NCBI GenBank assembly: GCA_041300865.1
Contig: JBFYTF010000036.1
Location: forward strand, 34,604 to 98,603
DNA: 64,000 nt
Source: Anaerolineae bacterium
Lineage (GTDB): Bacteria; Chloroflexota; Anaerolineae; JAAYZQ01
Direction: 5' to 3'
Shown: positions 56,451 through 63,174 of the stretch, in pieces
How the letters are laid out: each line of letters begins with the position of its first letter
Position numbering within the stretch: the first letter of the stretch is position 1
Notes under the pieces: generated by a model
Seen by the model: the letters and a program-made list of their open reading frames with translations, nothing else
What the model was told of the DNA's origin: nothing
Database searches by the model: none
Program-made: the position numbers and the translations under genes

Positions 56451-57443
56451 CTAGAGGCTGGCCAGGTGTTGCCCCAGAACGGCCAGCGTCTCTGGCAGCA
56501 CGAGCGGCGTGGCACCTGCTCCCCCTGTGGCGAACGTCCCCTGGACCTGGCGCGGCGTACGCCCCGGCGATCGCTCGGCCAGCCTGTCGAGGATGGCGTC
56601 GATCTCGGCCTCGTCGGGGATGCAGCGCACCCAACCGGGGCGAGAGTCATTCACGCCTACCAGGCGCAGCATGCCCTGGCTGGTCTGCCGGCCGAGTGCC
56701 AGTCCGGCGCGGCGCTTTTCCTCGACACTGGTCATGAAGCTGCGGTGCGTCAGCTTGGGGCTGACGAAAGCCAAACGGGCCACGTAGGCATCACCAAACC
56801 GCTCCAACATGGCGACAATCAGCTTGACGAGACGGTTGTGCATCTCGACAAAGGCGGCCTTCTCGTTGTCGCCCCAGCGATAACCGTTCGCGGCCGGTTT
56901 CGCCGTGCAGTCTGGGCGCCAGGGGCAGACCGCAGTGCCCCGGTGCTCGAACAGGCCGGGGTCGTCGTAGCGGGCCACCGGCGACGGCCTGTCGCGAAAG
57001 CGATAGAGCAGCTCGTAAGGGACGAGGGCCATGGGCTCGGAGACGACAAAGCGGTGAAGGTGCAGATCGCCCCGGCACCAGACCCGGTTGTTCAGCGTGC
57101 GGGCATCGGCGCCTGGCGGCAGCGCGGCCAGCAGCTCCGGCGGCTCGTCGCCGGCCTCGACCGGCTGGAAGCCCACCGCGAGCAGGTAGCGGTTAATCGC
57201 CTGGTGCTCATCGCTCAGGCTGTAGGGTTTGACCTTGGTGCAGGGGAGGAGGAGCATGACTGCCTTCCTGCCGGTCACCGGCGGCCGGTACTCGGTCAGC
57301 ATGTAGTGGTGCAGGTCGCGCACCGCGGGGTGGTCCAGCCCCTCGACGTTCTCCTGCGGGCAGAAGAACGTGAGCGTTTCGTCCAGCGTGAACGGTGCGG
57401 CGATCTTGGCATAGGCGGCGCGAACTCGGTCTGCTCTGTCCAT
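56451..57443 (-). CDS. Stand-alone ArcS-C1/DUF5591-like protein
   Basis: 330 aa. LLLPCTKVKPYSLSDEH matches PC-X3-KPY-X2-S-X2-H exactly (P67..H80, nt 57204-57245). ATG at 57443 after AAGGAGGA. The upstream 236 aa of the track ORF overlap the S-component genes and were rejected. Confidence 0.65.
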   Translation of the reverse strand: MDRADRVRAAYAKIAAPFTLDETLTFFCPQENVEGLDHPAVRDLHHYMLTEYRPPVTGRKAVMLLLPCTKVKPYSLSDEHQAINRYLLAVGFQPVEAGDEPPELLAALPPGADARTLNNRVWCRGDLHLHRFVVSEPMALVPYELLYRFRDRPSPVARYDDPGLFEHRGTAVCPWRPDCTAKPAANGYRWGDNEKAAFVEMHNRLVKLIVAMLERFGDAYVARLAFVSPKLTHRSFMTSVEEKRRAGLALGRQTSQGMLRLVGVNDSRPGWVRCIPDEAEIDAILDRLAERSPGRTPRQVQGTFATGGAGATPLVLPETLAVLGQHLASL

Positions 57444-57475
57444 GATGATCCTCGTCCTCCTTGACGGCAATAGCG

Positions 57476-57525
57476 GGTCCCCCCGGCGGTCCCTGGCTGC
57501 TCGCTTCGGGTGAGCCGGGGGGACC
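57476..57525 (-). promoter_or_regulatory. Long-stem intercistronic RNA structure
   Basis: Perfect 12-bp arms ggtccccccggc / gccggggggacc enclose 26 nt that contain a ttcg-looped inner hairpin. No U-tract. Confidence 0.5.
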
Positions 57526-57547
57526 GAGTGCGCGGGATTGCGGTAGA

Positions 57548-58228
57548 TCAGGTAATGATCCCGCGAGTCGCCAGCCCGTAGCGCTCGATGACCGGGGTCA
57601 GCACGCGCAGGAGGATCGGAGCAATGATGATCGTGACGATCATATTCCCGATCCACCAGGCGGTGATCGCCGGCCAGTAGGCGTCGGGAGGCACCAGGCC
57701 ACCCCAGCGCAGGATGGTTACCCCGTAGAGTGCACCGAGACCGTTGGGCACGAGCACGGCAAAGACGAGGAAGAAGAGGATCCCTTTCAGGGAGTAGACG
57801 TCCTTGCCGAGGGGATCCAGACCGAACCGGTGGGCCAGGGTGCGGTAGGCGATCAGCGGGATGCCAAATTGGATCAAGTCCACCAGGGCGAAGGGGATGG
57901 TCAAGAGCACGGGTGTCCCGGCCAGAATTCCGGCGCCGATGAATGAACCGATGTAGCCAATGAGCAGGCCCCAGCCACCAAACCACATGGCAAAGGGGAT
58001 GCCAAAGCCGATGGCCACAAACAGCGCCGAGACGCTGACAATACCGACGGGCAGGGCAATGACCCCCAGCCAGGAGAGGATGGTATAGACGCCTGCGGCC
58101 ACGGCATAGGTTACCAGGCTCACCACCGTCACCGGTGGGTTGGGGTTCCACTTCAGCCCGTAGGGAATGCGTGGGGCGCCGCCCCTCAGCGGGGCAGCAG
58201 CCTGTGTGGGCTGAGTTGCTTCTGACAT
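57548..58228 (-). CDS. ECF-transporter substrate-specific (S) component, paralog 2
   Basis: 226 aa with about 6 hydrophobic segments. YGLKWNPNPPVTV motif shared with the neighbour. AAGGAGG RBS. Confidence 0.65.
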   Translation of the reverse strand: MSEATQPTQAAAPLRGGAPRIPYGLKWNPNPPVTVVSLVTYAVAAGVYTILSWLGVIALPVGIVSVSALFVAIGFGIPFAMWFGGWGLLIGYIGSFIGAGILAGTPVLLTIPFALVDLIQFGIPLIAYRTLAHRFGLDPLGKDVYSLKGILFFLVFAVLVPNGLGALYGVTILRWGGLVPPDAYWPAITAWWIGNMIVTIIIAPILLRVLTPVIERYGLATRGIIT

Positions 58229-58259
58229 CGCGTACGCCTCCTTTCTGGAGCTCAGACTG

Positions 58260-58928
58260 TCACGTCAGCCAGCCAAAGTTGGTCAAGCCCATGCGCTCGA
58301 CCACAGGGCCCAGCAGGCGCAGCAGGACGGGTCCGACGACGATCACGACGATAAAGTTGCCCGCTATCATGCCCAAAAAGCTCACCAAGAGCATGTTCTG
58401 CGGGACAAAGCCTGCCACGTAGAGCAGCGGTACTCCGTACAATGCCCCGAGGACATGGGGGATCAAGGCACCAAAGATCGCGAAGTAGACAAAGCCCCTG
58501 GCGGTAAAGACGTCTTTGCCGATGGGATCGACTTTGAAACGTTTCGCGAATCCTCGGTAGAGCAGCACGAGGCTTCCGAACAGGATGATGTCCCCAACGC
58601 CGAAAGCCAGGGAGAGAGGTAATGGCAGGCCGGCCAGAATGCCGGCGCCGATGCTCGTGCCGATAAAGCCCATGACCAATCCCCAGAAACCGAACCACAT
58701 GGCGAACGGAACGCCAAAGCCCATGGCGATAAAGAGGCCGCCAATGCCCGGAATCTGGATCGGGCCGGAGACAACACTGATCCACGCCAGGACGGTATAG
58801 ACGCCCGTCGCCAGGGCATACGCCACCAACTGAGGTACCGTGACGGGTGGGTTCGGGTTCCACTTCAGACCGTACTCCATACGCGGTCTGGCGGACACCG
58901 GACCGGACTGTGCAGCCTTGGTAGTCAT
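58260..58928 (-). CDS. ECF-transporter substrate-specific (S) component, paralog 1
   Basis: 222 aa. Clear paralog of 57548-58228 (YGLKWNPNPPVTV, GFGVPFAMWFG, IGAGILAG). AAGGAGA RBS. Confidence 0.65.
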   Translation of the reverse strand: MTTKAAQSGPVSARPRMEYGLKWNPNPPVTVPQLVAYALATGVYTVLAWISVVSGPIQIPGIGGLFIAMGFGVPFAMWFGFWGLVMGFIGTSIGAGILAGLPLPLSLAFGVGDIILFGSLVLLYRGFAKRFKVDPIGKDVFTARGFVYFAIFGALIPHVLGALYGVPLLYVAGFVPQNMLLVSFLGMIAGNFIVVIVVGPVLLRLLGPVVERMGLTNFGWLT

Positions 58929-59052
58929 CGATCGCTTCTCCTTTTCCTGTCTTTTTCCTAGCAGACTCCACTTCGACGTCAGCCGGGATGCCGTTCAGTC
59001 GTTGATTGGTTTGTACCCTCCTTTCGGAACCCTCTGGCACGGGCGCTGCCGG

Positions 59053-60843
59053 CTAGCCCCGGCTGTAGCCCTCCAGCGCCCTGACCCACTCCACAGTGTT
59101 GAGCAGCAGAGGATAGCCCTCATTCTGCTCTCGGAGCGCAACGCTCAGGGAGATGGCCTGGGGCGCGCACAGCTGCGTGGCCTGGATGTGCTCAGGGTTC
59201 GAGAACAGCTCTCGCGGGCTGCCGGTAAAGATATCGTGCCCGTTGAGCAATACCACTACCCGCTGGCAGTAGTTGGCCACAAGCGTCATGTCGTGGGTAA
59301 TGATCAGCACGGTGTTGCCCTGTTTGTGCAGATCCTCCAGCAGGTTCATGATCCCGCACACCATGTCATAATCCTGGCCGGTGGTTGGTTCATCGACAAT
59401 GATCATCTCGGGGCGCATGGCAAGAATCGAGGCCACCGCCAGGCGCTGTCGTTGCCCTTTGCCCAGGAAGAGCGGATCCTCATGGGCCTGGTCTGCCAGG
59501 CCGACCGCCTCCAGGGCCTGCATGATACGGTCTTCCTTCTCGGCTTCGGGCACCTCCAGGTTCTTGAGACCGTAGGCAACCTCGGCATGGACCTGCCGCG
59601 AAAAGATCTGGTGGTCCGGGTTCTGGAACACGTAGCCCACGTAGCGGGGGAGCTGCCGCCGCAGCGAGCGCTTGGTCACGTCCATGCCCAGGACGCGGAC
59701 GGTGCCGGCGGAGGGCTTGTAGATACCATTCAGGATCTTGGCGACGGTCGTCTTGCCGCTGCCGTTGGTGCCGAGCAGGGCCAGTACCTCGCCCTTGTGC
59801 AGCTCGAAATTGACGCCGTGGAGGGCCTTGGTCCCATCGTCATAGACATATTCCAGATCCTTGACCTCGAGCAGTACCTCCCCATCGGGCTGATAGTCGG
59901 CCGGCTGGCAGGCGCAGTCCAGGTCCTTGGGGAAACACCCCAGGCATTCCTCGACGGAAATCGGTACCGCATCCTGGTCGCCGATACCAGCCTCGGAGGC
60001 GATTTGAGAGACCTCAAAGCGGTAGATGCCAGACTCTGCCAGGACGTCGACGTGCCGGTAGAAATTGGCCGCGGTGTCTACCAGCTTGACCTCACCGTCG
60101 TCGATGAGATAAATCCGGTCACAGAACCGGTGCAGGATCGCCGGGTCCTGCTCCACGAGGATCACGGTCATGTCATGCTCGTCGTGCAGCATCCGCACGG
60201 TCTCGATCACCTCGCTCTTGCCCCGCGGATCGAGGTCGCTGGTGGGCTCGTCGAGGATGAGCAGGTCAGGGCGCATGGCGAGGAAGGAGGCAATCGCAAC
60301 CCGCTGCTTCTGCCCTCCTGACAGATCGTTCGGATGGATATACTCCGCATCCGCGATGAGAAAGCCCAGCCCGACCATCTCCAGGGCTTCGCGCACGCGC
60401 ACTTCGATCTCTTCTTTGGGCAGCTTGAGCATCTGGAGGCCAAACGAGACTTCGTGCAACAGGCTCATTTTGAGGAACTGGTTCTCCGGATCCTGGAGGA
60501 CCATCCCCGCCTTGGCAGCGTTGATGCCGCGCCCCAGGAGCTTGCCCAGGGGCTGATCGTCCATGACGTTGCCTTCGGGGTCGACATCGGTCACCAGCTC
60601 ACCGTCGACCCAGACACTTCCCTGCCAGTGATAGTTGTAGGCCTGGAACGGGACCTTGAGGCCATGGGGGATGATGCCCACAATCGCCTTGCAGGTCGTC
60701 GTCTTGCCGACCCCGCTGGGACCGGTGATGCCGATGAACTCGCCGCGCTGGATCTCCAGGTTGATGCCTTTGAGCGTCCAGGGGTTTTCCTCCAAGCCGC
60801 TGAAACTCGGATACCGCCAGTGCAGGTTTTCGACCTTGACCAT
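59053..60843 (-). CDS. Fused double ECF/cobalt-type ABC ATPase (EcfA-EcfA')
   Basis: Walker A GPSGVGKTT and GTNGSGKTT; signatures LSGGQKQRVAIA and LGKGQRQRLAVA. ATG at 60843, 5 nt after the ecfT stop. Confidence 0.85.
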   Translation of the reverse strand: MVKVENLHWRYPSFSGLEENPWTLKGINLEIQRGEFIGITGPSGVGKTTTCKAIVGIIPHGLKVPFQAYNYHWQGSVWVDGELVTDVDPEGNVMDDQPLGKLLGRGINAAKAGMVLQDPENQFLKMSLLHEVSFGLQMLKLPKEEIEVRVREALEMVGLGFLIADAEYIHPNDLSGGQKQRVAIASFLAMRPDLLILDEPTSDLDPRGKSEVIETVRMLHDEHDMTVILVEQDPAILHRFCDRIYLIDDGEVKLVDTAANFYRHVDVLAESGIYRFEVSQIASEAGIGDQDAVPISVEECLGCFPKDLDCACQPADYQPDGEVLLEVKDLEYVYDDGTKALHGVNFELHKGEVLALLGTNGSGKTTVAKILNGIYKPSAGTVRVLGMDVTKRSLRRQLPRYVGYVFQNPDHQIFSRQVHAEVAYGLKNLEVPEAEKEDRIMQALEAVGLADQAHEDPLFLGKGQRQRLAVASILAMRPEMIIVDEPTTGQDYDMVCGIMNLLEDLHKQGNTVLIITHDMTLVANYCQRVVVLLNGHDIFTGSPRELFSNPEHIQATQLCAPQAISLSVALREQNEGYPLLLNTVEWVRALEGYSRG

Positions 60844-60848
60844 TGTGC

Positions 60849-61919
60849 TCACAGGGCTTCTCCCAAGAGTTCTGTAAAATTGATGCCGAAGCCGACCACG
60901 ACAACCAGGAGCAGGGCGCAAATACCCATCACGATCCAGTCGGCAAGGGTGAAGGGACGGACTTCGTGAAACTCGGTCGGGTCCTTCAGTTGCATCGAAA
61001 AGCCACGGGTGAGAGCGGCATCGCCGACTTCGCTCGAGCGGCGCAGCATCGTGGCCGTCAGTGGGACCGCAATGTACGCCAGATCGGCAATGATGCGCAA
61101 GAGGTTCTTCTGCTTGAGCGAGACACCGCGCGCCACCTGGGCCTGACGGATGGTGCTGTAGTCAAAGAGGGCCATGCTCAGACTGCGCAGCATGGTCGAC
61201 ACAAAAAAGGCCGAGATATAAGGAGCGCGGAACTGGCGCATGGTGCCAATGATCTCGATGTCCCGGCTGGTCATGACCAGCATCAGCGAAACCAACATCA
61301 TCGCCCCGTAGCCCAATGCTTTGGTCACCGCTACCACCAGGTTCTGCGACGATATCGTGATTACCATCGGGCGGAGAAAGTTGAACTCGGTGATCGTGAT
61401 CGACGGGTTGCCAAACACGTAGGTCACCAGCCCGCTCAGGACGAGGCCGCCCACAATCCCCCAGAAGATTCCCTTGCGCACAACGTACCAGGCCACCGCG
61501 AATGCTACAAAGACAACCAACCTGAGAGAGATGCCCAGCGAGATGACCCCCGCATATACAGGAATTCGCGCCACAACAGTTCCGCCGAGGCTTGGGTTAA
61601 AGACCACCCAGGCGAAAGCCATGCCGAACAGGGCGGGGAACATGACAATTGCATAAGACCTGAACACCCAGCGGAGCACGCCGCTGAGATAGAGGCCAAG
61701 AAAAGCGAGTAGGATCATGAGGATTGTACCCACGGGATCCGGATCGTCGGTTTTGATGAACCGGACGACGACGAAGGACAAGATGAGGATCGCGAACAGC
61801 TTGGTCAAGACATGCAGCCGGGCGAGGGGAGAGTCGATTTTGACCGCGAAGAGAAAACTGCGTACCCATTCCTTGCCGTGTACCTGTTCCTGGGTGACCG
61901 GTACGGCGACTTCTGCCAT
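60849..61919 (-). CDS. ecfT: ECF transporter transmembrane (T) component, CbiQ/EcfT family
   Basis: Multi-TM protein with QAQVARGVS (the Ala-Arg-Gly coupling motif). AAGGAG lies 6 nt before the ATG. Confidence 0.75.
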   Translation of the reverse strand: MAEVAVPVTQEQVHGKEWVRSFLFAVKIDSPLARLHVLTKLFAILILSFVVVRFIKTDDPDPVGTILMILLAFLGLYLSGVLRWVFRSYAIVMFPALFGMAFAWVVFNPSLGGTVVARIPVYAGVISLGISLRLVVFVAFAVAWYVVRKGIFWGIVGGLVLSGLVTYVFGNPSITITEFNFLRPMVITISSQNLVVAVTKALGYGAMMLVSLMLVMTSRDIEIIGTMRQFRAPYISAFFVSTMLRSLSMALFDYSTIRQAQVARGVSLKQKNLLRIIADLAYIAVPLTATMLRRSSEVGDAALTRGFSMQLKDPTEFHEVRPFTLADWIVMGICALLLVVVVGFGINFTELLGEAL

Positions 61920-61949
61920 GCTTCACTCCTTCTTGTCGGTTGTCTGTTC

Positions 61950-61973
61950 ACAAAAGGAGCCCGCGCTGGCTCC
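61950..61973 (-). promoter_or_regulatory. Terminator-like hairpin (possible attenuator) about 30 nt upstream of the ecfT start
   Basis: Minus strand GGAGCC-agcgcg-GGCTCC followed by TTTTGT. It lies inside the 361-nt gntR-ecfT spacer. Confidence 0.45.
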
Positions 61974-62280
61974 TCATCCTGCCAGGGCCGTTGAAAGCAC
62001 GAACACGAGAGACCCAACAGGGACCCATATCCAGACATCAAGGGCGTTTCGGGTCTAGGCAGTCAAATCACTACCTTCTGCTTTGCGCAAGCGTGTCTGA
62101 TAACGGCTGACCATAGCCCCTATTTCGCAATTTGATTCGCAAAGACCGAAGCGGCCGACGCATCGCCGGCCCGCCCACCCGATCCTCCGGCCGGCCTGCA
62201 ACCCTGTCCAACCCCATGGTTGCGCGCCAGCCGAACAGGGAGTGGCCATGCCGCCGGCGGCAAGTTGGCGTTGGCGCGTC

Positions 62281-62979
62281 CTAGGTTGCGCTTTGCCGCT
62301 TGACAAACTCGACAATACGATTGCCGGCCGTGGTGATATGATCGGCCAGATGTTCTGCCGCCAGGTCTGCATCCCGGGCACGCAACGCCTCGACGATGGC
62401 CCGGTGCTGGGTGATGGACTGCTCGGTGCGGCCGGGAATCATCCACAGCAGATCGGTGGCAAAGCGCGGCCACAGGCGTTCGATGAGGCCGCGCAACGTC
62501 TCGGAGCCCGCGCCCTGGTAGATGGTGGAATGAAACTGGTAATTGACACGGCGGACCTTGACGAGATCCATCTCCTCCCAAGCCTGTTCCATCTCGGTCA
62601 CGAGCCTGTCCAGGGTTTCCAGGTCGGCATCCTGCAGGCGGGCGGCAAACATGCGGACGGCAAGGCACTCCAATGCCACGCGGATGGGTGTGATCTCTCG
62701 AGTGTCTTGGGGGGAGACTTCGGCGACGTAGACGCCCTTGTGGGAAACGTGTTCCAGGAGACCTTCCGTTTCGAGAATGCGCAACACTTCACGCACGGGG
62801 GTGGCGCTCATGCCCAGCCATTCGGCCAGCTCCTGTTGTTTCAGTTTCTGCCCGGGCTTCAGGTCGCCGCGCAGAATGGCCTCGCGCAAAATCCTGGCCC
62901 CGCGTCCTAACTTGGTGCCCAGCCCGTCATCGACGATCACCGGCTGCGCTCCCAGATCGGTCAAACCATTGGTCTCCAT
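62281..62979 (-). CDS. GntR-family transcriptional regulator, FadR/FCD subfamily
   Basis: wHTH segment QQELAEWLGMSATPVREVLRILETEGLL plus a helical FCD-type C-terminus. GGAGGAGGA lies before the ATG at 62979. Confidence 0.85.
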   Translation of the reverse strand: METNGLTDLGAQPVIVDDGLGTKLGRGARILREAILRGDLKPGQKLKQQELAEWLGMSATPVREVLRILETEGLLEHVSHKGVYVAEVSPQDTREITPIRVALECLAVRMFAARLQDADLETLDRLVTEMEQAWEEMDLVKVRRVNYQFHSTIYQGAGSETLRGLIERLWPRFATDLLWMIPGRTEQSITQHRAIVEALRARDADLAAEHLADHITTAGNRIVEFVKRQSAT

Positions 62980-63025
62980 GTTGCCAGGTCCTCCTCCACG
63001 CCGAGTCCGAAGCCATCCGAAATAT

Positions 63026-63054
63026 AATATACAATATACTCGCGCATTTGTCAA
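63026..63054 (-). promoter_or_regulatory. Near-consensus promoter (TTGACA-17-TATATT) in front of the GntR gene
   Basis: On the minus strand, TTGACA is at 63054-63049 and TATATT at 63031-63026. GTATAT-T-GTATAT and TTGTATAT (63034-63027) overlap the -10. Confidence 0.7.
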
Positions 63055-63174
63055 GTGCGCGACTGCGTGGCTAAGGGGGAGAACGCCGTAAGGCGATATC
63101 ACGGGGATTGCCTTTTGAGGAGCCACCCTGGGTGGGGGGTAGCAGATTTGACAGAACCCTGCGCGTTGACGGCG

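Noticed and set aside
58252-59040. 262-aa minus-strand ORF overlapping S component 1 in another frame.
   Set aside because: It has Arg-rich, non-membrane, low-complexity composition. The overlapping 58260-58928 frame has a paralog next door and a proper RBS.
58929-59052. Possible preQ1-type riboswitch in the ATPase/S-component spacer (CCAGAGGGTTCCGAAAGGAGGGTACAAACC).
   Set aside because: There is no P1 helix complement (CCCTCTGG is absent) and no A-rich tail of the preQ1-I consensus. The resemblance is limited to a few bases.
61985-62045. Segment ...CTTGATGTCTGGATATGGGTCCC... (minus strand) superficially resembles the GGAUAUGG loop of purine riboswitches and the CUGAUCUGGAUAAUGCCAGC part of TPP riboswitches.
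   Set aside because: The flanking bases cannot form the required P2 or P5 helices: there is no complementary arm and no CCAG partner. The other conserved junction sequences are missing. It is kept only as part of the generic structured-leader finding.
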